NCBI GenBank assembly: GCA_964408775.1
Contig: CAYPAP010000001.1
Location: 289,839-353,838, forward strand
Reading direction: 5' to 3'
DNA length: 64,000 nt
DNA from: an uncultured Gammaproteobacteria bacterium
Lineage (GTDB): Bacteria; Patescibacteriota; Patescibacteriia; Patescibacteriales; UBA12465
Under the pieces are notes generated by a model that was not told the DNA's origin, did no database searches, and was given only the letters and a program-made list of their open reading frames with translations. Shown here piece by piece: positions 1 through 8,162 of this stretch (within the stretch, counting starts at the first letter, position 1; each line of letters begins with the position of its first letter). The translations under genes were made by a program, and so were the position numbers.

Positions 1-161
1 AGTTGCAGAAGTTCTGTTGTGAACTCACCGCCTCTGTTTTCATTTAGGCGTTGCGCTTGCTCTTCTGTGAGCTGCGCTTTGTTGTAAACACCACGGAATA
101 AATCCGTAGCCTGACGACCCTTGGGGTCATCTGACGTGATCAACTTTTTTGTCGTCATCAT
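1..161 (-). CDS. hypothetical protein, N-terminal part only (runs off window start)
   Basis: ATG ATG at 161/158 on the minus strand opens a frame that stays open to base 1 (MMTTKKLITSDDPKGRQATDLFRGVYNKAQLTEEQAQRLNENRGGEF...). It is visibly GC-richer than its flanks. No family recognised. Confidence 0.35.
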   Translation of the reverse strand, partial: MMTTKKLITSDDPKGRQATDLFRGVYNKAQLTEEQAQRLNENRGGEFTTELLQ

Positions 162-525
162 CTTCTTTTTTTTTGATTTAAAGAACTGGGCCCCGACACC
201 CAATTCCATTTTTTTTAGACAGAGGTCGGGTGCCATTATGTTGGACGCCTTATCATATTTAAATCACCCTGTCAATAGCTAAAAAATCCTTGATTTTTTA
301 AAAATATTATGTTAGGATAATAAAAAATAAATAAATTACCTTTCCCACGCTTTTTGCGCTAAAAGGCAATCCTATCAAAGAATAGGATTAAAGGTATTCT
401 AAACGGAAACCCATAATTTCTTAGAATACTTTTGGGTTTTTTTATTTAATTATTAATTAAAAAAATATTATTTAATTTTTAACTTTAATAATAGTTAATT
501 TTAAGTAATAAATGTTAAAGTTTTT

Positions 526-1038
526 ATGTCAAAAACAAAACCATCAGGCCTAATTCATTATGAAATGCTTTTTATAATGCCTAATAAATTCACCGATGAC
601 GAAGCTAAGGGCGTTTTTCAAAAAGTTGGCCAACTATTAAAATCTCTAGAAGGTAAAATTACCTTAGAAAATTACTGGGGAAAGAAAAAGTTTGCCTACC
701 CTATTAACCATGAATATTATGGCTACTATGGTCTTTATGAATTTGATCTAGAAAGGACATTGATCGCTGAGGTTAATAATAAACTAAGATTAGACAACGA
801 CGTTCTAAGATTTTTAATTATTAAAAAAGATGTTAAAAATGAAGAACAAGTCAAAAAAGACCAAAAAATAAAAGCTAAAATTGAAGACAAAAAAGCCAAG
901 GTTGAAAAAGAAAAAGAAGAAGAAATTAAAAAAACAACTAAAAAATCAACTTCCAAAAAAGAAGCTGATAAAAAAATAGATCTAAAAACTCTAGATGAGA
1001 AACTAGATGATGTTTTAAACATCGACAACCTTCTATAA
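526..1038 (+). CDS. rpsF: 30S ribosomal protein S6 with K/E-rich C-terminal extension
   Basis: N-terminal 100 aa match the S6 pattern (HYEMLFI..., WGKKKFAYPI). Sits in the conserved rpsF-ssb-rpsR order. Confidence 0.9.
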   Translation: MSKTKPSGLIHYEMLFIMPNKFTDDEAKGVFQKVGQLLKSLEGKITLENYWGKKKFAYPINHEYYGYYGLYEFDLERTLIAEVNNKLRLDNDVLRFLIIKKDVKNEEQVKKDQKIKAKIEDKKAKVEKEKEEEIKKTTKKSTSKKEADKKIDLKTLDEKLDDVLNIDNLL

Positions 1039-1076
1039 TATTAATTTTAGAAGATCTTATAATTAATAAGAAAAAT

Positions 1077-1505
1077 ATGTATTCTTTAAACAAAGCTATG
1101 GTTATAGGAAACCTAACCAGGGACCCTGAGGTCAGAAATACCCCCAACGGCCAAACAGTTGCCTCCTTCTCAGTAGCAACTAACTTGGTTTGGAACGATC
1201 AAAATGGTCAACAACAAAGCAAGACAGAATTTCACAATATTATTGCTTGGAGAAAATTGGGTGAAATCTGTGGTCAATACCTAAGTAAGGGAATAAAAGT
1301 CTATATCGAAGGGCGACTTCAAACTAGTGAGTGGACATCTCCTGATGGAAACAAAAGACAAAGAACTGAAATCATCGCTGATAATATGATTATTTTAACC
1401 CCTAAAGGTTCTAGCGGAGGGCCCAATAATAAAAGCGACGAAGAAATAAGCATCCCCGAGAACAATAGTGATGACGAAATCAAAGTCGAAGATATTCCTT
1501 TCTAA
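1077..1505 (+). CDS. ssb: single-stranded DNA-binding protein
   Basis: OB-fold SSB signature (NKAMVIGNLTRDPEVRNTPNGQTVASFSVATN) and an acidic C-terminal tail ending DIPF. Confidence 0.9.
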   Translation: MYSLNKAMVIGNLTRDPEVRNTPNGQTVASFSVATNLVWNDQNGQQQSKTEFHNIIAWRKLGEICGQYLSKGIKVYIEGRLQTSEWTSPDGNKRQRTEIIADNMIILTPKGSSGGPNNKSDEEISIPENNSDDEIKVEDIPF

Positions 1506-1571
1506 AAAATTAAACTATAAAATTAAAACTTCTAAGAATTTAAACAATTTTTAGATTTCAAGTTAAAAAAT

Positions 1572-1790
1572 ATGAAAAACAAATTAAACAAGAAAAAAGA
1601 ATGCCAATTTTGTAGTGAAAATACTAACCCCGACTACAAAGATCCTAAAACCTTATATAGTTTTGTTAATTATTACATGAAAATAATTGGCAAAAAAAGA
1701 ACAGGGGTTTGCTCTTGGCATCAAAGAAAGCTAACAACTGCCATTAAAAGAGCCAGAAAAATGGCCCTGATAGGCTTCACCCACAAATAA
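1572..1790 (+). CDS. rpsR: 30S ribosomal protein S18
   Basis: S18 motifs (CQFC...DYKD..L..F......I..KR.TG.C..HQRKLTTAIKRAR.MAL). Confidence 0.9.
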   Translation: MKNKLNKKKECQFCSENTNPDYKDPKTLYSFVNYYMKIIGKKRTGVCSWHQRKLTTAIKRARKMALIGFTHK

Positions 1791-1821
1791 TATTTTTACT
1801 TAATAATTTTACTTAAAAAAT

Positions 1822-2379
1822 ATGTTAAGTTTTAATGAAATAAAAACTGGAAAAGTTTTACAAGTAAACTCAGAGCCATTTTTAGTTATCAAAACTGATC
1901 ATCATAAAATGGGACGAGGTGGCGCTGTTTTAAAAGTTAAATTGAAAAATTTAATCAACAATAATGTTTTAGAAAAAACATATCAAGGAAATGATAAGGC
2001 CGAAGAGGCCAGAACTGAAACTAAAAAAGCTAACTTCATGTACAAAGACCAAAACGAAGCTTACTTTATGGACAACACTTCCTTCGAACAGTTTTCTTTA
2101 ACATTAGAAAATATTGGAGATAAACAATTCTTTCTAAAAGATGGGACGGACGTTGATGTTCTATATTTCAATGAAAATCCAGTCTCCATAACCTTACCAG
2201 TAAAAATGGACTTTAAAGTGACCAGCTCTCCACCTGGAGTAAAGGGAAATTCCTCTGGCAATGTTACTAAGCAAATAGAAATTGAAACTGGCGCAAAAAT
2301 AACCGCCCCTCTCTTTATTAATGAAGGTGATATAATCAAAGTTAACACCGAAACCGGAGAGTACGCCGAAAGAGCTTAA
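1822..2379 (+). CDS. efp: elongation factor P
   Basis: 185 aa with a typical EF-P N-terminus (IKTGKVLQVNSEPFLVIKTDHHKMGRGGAVLKVKLKNL). Confidence 0.92.
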   Translation: MLSFNEIKTGKVLQVNSEPFLVIKTDHHKMGRGGAVLKVKLKNLINNNVLEKTYQGNDKAEEARTETKKANFMYKDQNEAYFMDNTSFEQFSLTLENIGDKQFFLKDGTDVDVLYFNENPVSITLPVKMDFKVTSSPPGVKGNSSGNVTKQIEIETGAKITAPLFINEGDIIKVNTETGEYAERA

Positions 2380-2392
2380 ACTAGTTTAAAAT

Positions 2393-2427
2393 AAAAAAAC
2401 ATCACTTCCAAAAAGTGATGTTTTTTT
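2393..2427. terminator. bidirectional rho-independent terminator between efp and the convergent gene
   Basis: Stem CATCACTT/AAGTGATG, flanked by an A-run on one side and a T-run on the other. Confidence 0.7.
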
Positions 2428-2447
2428 ATGTAAGAGTTCCAAGGAAC

Positions 2448-4031
2448 TTATATATCGTCTTGATACTTAATAATTTCCAAAGAGCCAGTTGATCCGGGGA
2501 CACCTCCCCCTTCTGCTGAACCATCACCCATTAAAGGCGTGGGATAAATTCTATTGTTATTATTGAAAAAATCTTTAACCGCAGGGACAACAATGTTTTT
2601 TCGATAGAAATAAGATGGCTCAGATTCTGAGATTACCGGGAAAACATAAGCAGGAACATAAATCTCATGACCTCTCATGGTTGTTTCATCGTAATTCCAG
2701 GTCCTAACCATTCCAATACTAGGAGTTCCTACTTGGATGTCAACTGTCTTAATATCAACATCTTCTCTATAATTATCATACAAGAAATAAGAACCTCCAT
2801 TTTTTACCACTTCTAATATGTTTTCCTTGTCTCTTTCAGTTGAATAATAGGCGCTTTCGTAATGCTGATAGAAAAGATTGTAGACTCCGGAAACCCTTTT
2901 TTCTCTCATATCAATTTCAACCGAAAGACCGGTTTTTTCTCCCGAGTCGTCATAAACATCTACCCCCTCTACTTTTAAAGGGTATATGACTGAGATAGAG
3001 TCTGGAAAGTAGAAAGAAGCTTTATCTTCACTTAAAACATAATCCCTCATCCAATATTTTCGCACCTCTCCTGGGCCATAATTATCTAAAGGAATATCAT
3101 ATTCTCTCAAAAAATTATCGGACAAATTAACAATCTCTTCATCACTTAAAAAGTCATTGATTGTTAAGCGATAACTTTGATAACAATCCTGGTCATACCC
3201 TCGACAAAGCTTATCAATGCTTGGCCACTTATCCCAATTTTTATAAAGAGAAAAATTGCCGTCCTTTAAACCAAGGTAAATAGAATAACCATAGTCTCTG
3301 TCTTCGTTTATTGTTAGATTATTAACAGAAATATCACTAAAATTTCTTAGATCAAAGAAGGATATTTTTTTACCGGAAAACATGTCAGCAAATTGACGAC
3401 TTAAATCAACGTTACTCCTTCTATAAACACTAACCTCTTCTGGCAGCAAATTAAAATCATCGCCGACATAAATATAGTTATACTCTATTATTTCTCTGGG
3501 TAAAATCATGGAATCATTTTTAGGGTCCATGGGAGAACCAACCTCCGGGTAAGCACTGCCTATACCCATGCCTAAAACTCTTTCTGCTTGATCACCCTCA
3601 GAAGATTCAGATTGAACATCAGAAGAAAACAAAAGTGATCCAAAAAATCCTTTATCTTTTTTAACTATTTTGACATCATCTAAATAGTTAAAATAACTTT
3701 GGCCACTTACACGTCTAAGCTCGTCGGTTTTTTTCTGTCCTCCGACGACAATAAAGCTAATTGTTAATAGGATAATGACTGCGGCAATTATTAGGGCTTG
3801 CGCAAAGTCATTTAAAAATCCTAAAAAGTTAAAAGAAGAGTGCACTGTTCTTTTTTCGAAATAATCATCTGTTATTTTAACAGGTGAAGAATTTTTTCTG
3901 CTTTTAGACCTCTTTATTTTTGAAGAAACTTTAGAGGTGCTGGTAACCGCCGCAGATTTTCCTCCCGTTTTTTTTCTTGGAGAAATCTTTGCCTTTTTAG
4001 TTACCACTTTTTTTATTCTTTTCTTTTCCAT
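2448..4031 (-). CDS. hypothetical membrane-anchored protein (K-rich N-terminus, one TM, large extracytoplasmic domain)
   Basis: Long ORF. I prefer the internal start MEKKRIKK at 4031 over the track start at 4100. One hydrophobic helix (ALIIAAVIILLTISFIVVGG). No family recognised. Confidence 0.6.
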   Translation of the reverse strand: MEKKRIKKVVTKKAKISPRKKTGGKSAAVTSTSKVSSKIKRSKSRKNSSPVKITDDYFEKRTVHSSFNFLGFLNDFAQALIIAAVIILLTISFIVVGGQKKTDELRRVSGQSYFNYLDDVKIVKKDKGFFGSLLFSSDVQSESSEGDQAERVLGMGIGSAYPEVGSPMDPKNDSMILPREIIEYNYIYVGDDFNLLPEEVSVYRRSNVDLSRQFADMFSGKKISFFDLRNFSDISVNNLTINEDRDYGYSIYLGLKDGNFSLYKNWDKWPSIDKLCRGYDQDCYQSYRLTINDFLSDEEIVNLSDNFLREYDIPLDNYGPGEVRKYWMRDYVLSEDKASFYFPDSISVIYPLKVEGVDVYDDSGEKTGLSVEIDMREKRVSGVYNLFYQHYESAYYSTERDKENILEVVKNGGSYFLYDNYREDVDIKTVDIQVGTPSIGMVRTWNYDETTMRGHEIYVPAYVFPVISESEPSYFYRKNIVVPAVKDFFNNNNRIYPTPLMGDGSAEGGGVPGSTGSLEIIKYQDDI

Positions 4032-4177
4032 AATTTTAAAAATTAAAAAAGTTAGATTTTTTATTATCTTTATTATAACAATATTTTTAAAAAATGACAA
4101 TTATTAATCCCTGGGAAAATGACTATAAAAATAAAAATAAAAGTGCTATAATAAAATTGAAAAAAATATAAAAAAAT

Positions 4178-5569
4178 ATGACTACACTTATAATTATTTA
4201 TTTAGCTCTATTTGCTGTTGTCGGCCAACTAAATCTAAGGTTGGCGGTCTTACTTTTAATATTAACCCTACCTAGTTATTTAATAAGGTTTTCTATTTTA
4301 GACATGCCAGTAACCCTATTAGAAATATCTCTATTGATAACATTCGCTAATTGGATTTTAAAAAATTACAAGCAATTATTAAGACTTAGAAAGTCTGACC
4401 GTCGGAGCAAGCAACCCTATCCCTTTGGCTGGGAAATAATTTTGCTTTTAGTTATTGCTCTAGCCTCAACCTTTGTTGGAGGGTTAAGCCTCCCAGCCTT
4501 AGGAATATTTAGGGCCTACTTTCTAGAGCCATTATTTTTATTTATTTTAATTCTAAATACCATTAGGGGAGAAAAAGGAATCAAGCAAATTATAGGCGTA
4601 TTGGCTATATCCACTATCTTTATTTCTCTAATTGCTATTTGGCAAAAAATAACTGGCCAATTTATTTTTAATGAGTTTTGGGCCAATCCCGAAAACCGCC
4701 GTGTTGTTTCAGTTTTTGGCTATCCTAACGCCGTGGCCCTTTTTATTGGTCCCATAATCCCCTTGTTGATTGGGACATTTTTTTGGCGTCTAAAAGAAAG
4801 AAGCTCTTTATTAAATTTTCTTAATCAATTATTACTTTTTACGGCAATCACTTCTGGCGTGTTAGCTATTTATTTTGCTAAATCCAAGGGAGCATTAATC
4901 GCCATCGCCCTATCCCTGCTTATTTCTATTTTTATAGTTATAAGAAAGAAGGCTAAATTAATAATCCTGGCCTTATTAATAATAATTGTTCCAGCGCTGC
5001 TCCATTATCAAAAAGATTGGATTAATTTTAAGTTATCCACCAGCCTTTCTTGGCAAATTCGACAAGCCCAATGGCAGGAAACCAATAAAATGCTGAAAGA
5101 TAATTTTTTATGGGGAGCTGGCCTTAATAATTACCAAGAAAAAATACTACCCTATCACCAAGAAGGAATATTTTTTAATAAAGACGCTGATCCAGATTTT
5201 TCCAGAAAAATTGTAATTTTTAATGACAAATATCGAGTTGAAAGATGGCAGCCAGTGGAAATCTACTTATACCCGCATAATATTATTTTAAACTTTTGGA
5301 CCGAGCTAGGTTTTATCGGTATGCTATTATTTGTTTTTATAATACTAAAGTTTTTATTTCTTTCTCTCAAATATTATTATCAACAAAAAAATAGCAAAAA
5401 CAAATTTTTGGGGCTGGCACTATTCTCTTCGATGCTGGTTATAGTTATTCACGGAATAGTTGATGTCCCCTATTTCAAAAATGACCTGTCAGCTCTTTTT
5501 TGGATAATTATAGCTATCCTGGCCATCTTAAAAATATCTAATAAATCAATGGGGGTATGGAAAAAATAA
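4178..5569 (+). CDS. O-antigen ligase (Wzy_C)-like polytopic membrane protein
   Basis: About 10 or more TM helices, with the late motif YPHNIILNFWTELGFIGMLLF typical of the O-antigen ligase/Wzy_C family. Confidence 0.6.
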   Translation: MTTLIIIYLALFAVVGQLNLRLAVLLLILTLPSYLIRFSILDMPVTLLEISLLITFANWILKNYKQLLRLRKSDRRSKQPYPFGWEIILLLVIALASTFVGGLSLPALGIFRAYFLEPLFLFILILNTIRGEKGIKQIIGVLAISTIFISLIAIWQKITGQFIFNEFWANPENRRVVSVFGYPNAVALFIGPIIPLLIGTFFWRLKERSSLLNFLNQLLLFTAITSGVLAIYFAKSKGALIAIALSLLISIFIVIRKKAKLIILALLIIIVPALLHYQKDWINFKLSTSLSWQIRQAQWQETNKMLKDNFLWGAGLNNYQEKILPYHQEGIFFNKDADPDFSRKIVIFNDKYRVERWQPVEIYLYPHNIILNFWTELGFIGMLLFVFIILKFLFLSLKYYYQQKNSKNKFLGLALFSSMLVIVIHGIVDVPYFKNDLSALFWIIIAILAILKISNKSMGVWKK

Positions 5570-6276
5570 ATTTAAATAAATTTATCGCCGACAACAGCTC
5601 TTACTCCCGACGTCAGACAGAAGACTTAATTAGAAAAGGACTTGTAAAGATAAACGGAAAAACAGCCGAGCTAGGCCAAAAAATTAAACTTCAAGATGAA
5701 GTAGAGGTTAATGGCGAAAAAATAAACACTGACATTAAAAAGATTTATATAAAGTTAAATAAACCGGTGGGCTATGTTTGTAGTAATAGACTTTTTAAGG
5801 GAGAGAAAAATATTTTTTCCTTAGTCGATAGTGAAGAAAAACTATTCTCTATCGGACGACTAGACAAGGATAGTTGTGGTTTAATAATTCTAACAAACGA
5901 CGGCGACTTGACCTATAAACTAACTCATCCTAAATTTGAGCATCAAAAAACATATTTGGTAACTTTAAGGAAAGATTTTCACTTAAAAAACAATAATTTT
6001 ATAGAAGAACTGAAAAGTAAATTTAAAAAAGGTGTCGATATAAAAGAAAAAACCTTGGCTAGAGTCAAGGATATTGTTTTTTTGTCGGAGAATGAAATAA
6101 AGATTGTTTTAACTGAGGGCAAAAAAAGACAAATTAGAGAAATGTTTAGAGTCTTTAATTTAAGAATAGAAAGGCTCCAGAGAATAAATTTTGCTGGTGT
6201 TGGACTAGGATCATTAAGAGAGGGTGAATGGGAGCGCTTGAGTGAAGATGAGATTAAAAAATTAAATAAAATATAA
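5557..6276 (+). CDS. RsuA/RluB-family pseudouridine synthase
   Basis: N-terminal S4 domain plus the catalytic motif GRLDKDSCGLIILTNDG. Confidence 0.85.
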   Translation: MEKINLNKFIADNSSYSRRQTEDLIRKGLVKINGKTAELGQKIKLQDEVEVNGEKINTDIKKIYIKLNKPVGYVCSNRLFKGEKNIFSLVDSEEKLFSIGRLDKDSCGLIILTNDGDLTYKLTHPKFEHQKTYLVTLRKDFHLKNNNFIEELKSKFKKGVDIKEKTLARVKDIVFLSENEIKIVLTEGKKRQIREMFRVFNLRIERLQRINFAGVGLGSLREGEWERLSEDEIKKLNKI

Positions 6277-6291
6277 TATTAACTATTAGAG

Positions 6292-6349
6292 AGGTTGCCG
6301 AGCGTCGCTTAAAACCCATTTAGCCTTCGACGCGTGGCCGAACCCCTCC
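6292..6349. other. GC-rich imperfect long hairpin of unknown function
   Basis: GCGTCG (6303-6308) pairs with CGACGC (6329-6334). Outer GCC/GGC and GAGG/CCTC pairings extend the stem. A hairpin with a T-run follows at about 6361-6391. Confidence 0.3.
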
Positions 6350-6433
6350 CTTTCCGCCAAACAAAAAACCTGAAATACTTCGGGTTTTTTGTTTGTTGAA
6401 ACTAAGAAGGAGAGATTCGAAAGCCGGTTTGTT

Positions 6434-7492
6434 TTATCTTTTCTTATATCTAGTCGTTCGACCAACACCAATCCGCTCAATCCACTTTAGCTGTAATAAT
6501 TTATTCAAGATTTGATTAATAGTCGGCCTAGGAATTTTGGTTGCTTGGGAAATTTCTAGTGGTGTCACTACCTTGTCTTGCTTATCAATGTATGTCCAAA
6601 CAATATCTTGCTGAGGTGATAATAATTTTGACGCTTCTTTATGAGAAATAATATCAATTGCACGTTCTGATTGTTCTAAAACAATCTTTAAGAAAAAAGT
6701 TAGCCAAGCGCTAATGTCTTCCTTATTAGTTCTTAAAGTCTTTTGACTAGCTCTTAGGGCAATATAATACTCAGGTTTATTATCTTCAATTAATTTTTCC
6801 TGTGAAACGTAAGGCATATATTCATAGCCGTGTTGCAACATCAGAAGATTACTTAAGATACGAGAAAGACGACCGTTACCGTCAGCAAAGGGGTGAATAT
6901 GCAAAAATTCTACCAGAAAATTTCCGATGATAATTAAAGGATGAGCTGATTTTTCTAAAAAAACTGTCTGAGTGCGCTCCACTAATTCCTGCACTTCTTT
7001 TGGTGTTAACCAAGGAGCAGTCGTGTCAAATAATATTTCTATCGGTTTACCAGTTGGTGACACCATCGCCACTTTGTTTTCATCTTTTTTATGTTCACCA
7101 CGATGTAGTTCATCTTTTTCGGAATACTTTAACAGTTCACGGTGAAAAAACTTAATAGTTCTCTCAGCGAAGGGAATTGATTGATATGATTCAAACACAT
7201 TTTTTAATAAATCAAAATATCCGCACACTTCTTGTTTGTCGCGGTCTTTAAATTTTTGAAGAGATAGCCCCCGCATCAATCTCTCCACATCTTTATCAGA
7301 TAACTGTGAACCCTCAATGCGGGTTGAAGCACCGGTTGAAGTAATTAAAATAGATTTTTTCAAATTACTCAAAGTTTGTTGATCTAGTTTAGCACCATTT
7401 ATCCATTTACTTTTAAGCAAATCTATTTTATCGATTAATTCAACAATATTCTGAGGCAAATTATTTATTCTGTTGTCGAATTTATTATACAT
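6434..7492 (-). CDS. Fic/DOC family protein with C-terminal winged-helix domain
   Basis: Canonical Fic motif HIHPFADGNGRLSR. Fic_N-like STRIEGSQLS. Start moved to MYNKF at 7492. Confidence 0.85.
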   Translation of the reverse strand: MYNKFDNRINNLPQNIVELIDKIDLLKSKWINGAKLDQQTLSNLKKSILITSTGASTRIEGSQLSDKDVERLMRGLSLQKFKDRDKQEVCGYFDLLKNVFESYQSIPFAERTIKFFHRELLKYSEKDELHRGEHKKDENKVAMVSPTGKPIEILFDTTAPWLTPKEVQELVERTQTVFLEKSAHPLIIIGNFLVEFLHIHPFADGNGRLSRILSNLLMLQHGYEYMPYVSQEKLIEDNKPEYYIALRASQKTLRTNKEDISAWLTFFLKIVLEQSERAIDIISHKEASKLLSPQQDIVWTYIDKQDKVVTPLEISQATKIPRPTINQILNKLLQLKWIERIGVGRTTRYKKR

Positions 7493-7521
7493 AATCTTAT
7501 ATAGTTTATATATAAGATTAT
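7491..7521. promoter_or_regulatory. 13-bp-arm perfect inverted repeat overlapping the Fic start codon
   Basis: ATAATCTTATATA (7491-7503), 5-nt spacer, TATATAAGATTAT (7509-7521). The Fic ATG is at 7492-7490. Confidence 0.5.
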
Positions 7522-7624
7522 ATAGGAAATTGCAAGGGTGAATCAAAATATAACTCAGTTTTTAGCAATTAAAATTAATTTTATTGGCTAATATGAAACA
7601 AAATAAAGTATCGGAGCGATCCAC

Positions 7625-7648
7625 TTAGTTCGAATCGCCTGCTCTCCA
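7625..7648 (+). other. tRNA 3'-end-like remnant (T-loop plus acceptor-like sequence)
   Basis: TTAGTTCGAATCGCCTGCTCTCCA resembles GTTCGAAT T-loop + acceptor + A. The T-stem does not pair, so this is not a functional tRNA. Confidence 0.35.
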
Positions 7649-7667
7649 CTAACAAAAAAACTATCTA

Positions 7668-7696
7668 TTGACATAAATATGAAAGTATGTTATAAT
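7668..7696 (+). promoter_or_regulatory. consensus sigma70-type promoter
   Basis: TTGACA (7668-7673), 17-nt spacer, TATAAT (7691-7696). All 12 of 12 positions match consensus. Confidence 0.75.
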
Positions 7697-7733
7697 ATTA
7701 CCGTGGTTCGTTGAAAATGGTTAAATTTGATTC

Positions 7734-7782
7734 ATTACCTAAGTTAATGGGGCATTCCCCATAATTCATTGCTTTAGGTAAT
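7734..7782 (+). promoter_or_regulatory. 5' leader hairpin upstream of ORF 7818
   Basis: ATTACCTAA (7734-7742) pairs with TTAGGTAAT (7774-7782). It encloses an inner hairpin ATGGGG-CATT-CCCCAT (7747-7762) and is followed by an A/C-rich leader without an obvious SD. Confidence 0.45.
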
Positions 7783-7817
7783 AAATTGAATTACAAACCC
7801 CCAAAAACAAAAAAGAG

Positions 7818-8162
7818 ATGAAAAAAATTAACAGAAGAGCCCAAAGAGTGATCTCCACCAGGGAAAACCTCGTGATTTTACTCTTTGTCGCCAGCGGAAT
7901 TACCATTGGTTTTATACTGAACGCTTTGTCCGGCCCTGATAACCAGGCAGCTGGTGCCCGAATTTTTGTGGCGCTATGTATCCTTGCCGCAGCAGTCACA
8001 ACAGGATGGTTGCGCTACCGGTGGCTAGGGAAAAAACTGAATGAACTGGTGAAACAAAAAAACGCTGATTGCTCAGCGACACACCGACTAAGAATTTCGA
8101 CCCCGGAAAATAGCACTAAGCTGTTATCCGGGTTTTTTTATTTACTATCCTTGATAATATAA
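7818..8162 (+). CDS. hypothetical small membrane protein (2 TM), GC-richer than surroundings
   Basis: ORF downstream of the consensus promoter and leader. Two hydrophobic helices. The 3' end overlaps the convergent MFS gene by 25 bp. Confidence 0.4.
   Translation: MKKINRRAQRVISTRENLVILLFVASGITIGFILNALSGPDNQAAGARIFVALCILAAAVTTGWLRYRWLGKKLNELVKQKNADCSATHRLRISTPENSTKLLSGFFYLLSLII

Noticed and set aside
247-275. Promoter for the partial ORF at the window start
   Set aside because: TTGACA is present (275-270, minus strand). With a 17-nt spacer the -10 reads TAAGGC, and the only TATGAT lies at a 12-nt spacing. This is not convincing enough to annotate.
6286-6480. 64-aa minus-strand ORF, and the idea of a genuine tRNA-Ser/Leu starting at 6290
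   Set aside because: The ORF overlaps the Fic 3' end and the GC-rich hairpin. The tRNA-like similarity is limited to about 17 nt of the acceptor/D region. No D-stem closure, anticodon arm or T-arm follows.
7611-7650. Possible functional tRNA
   Set aside because: Only the T-loop (GTTCGAAT) and an acceptor-like 3' end are recognisable. The T-stem halves (CTTAG/CGCCT) do not pair and no 5' half is adjacent. It is kept only as a remnant.
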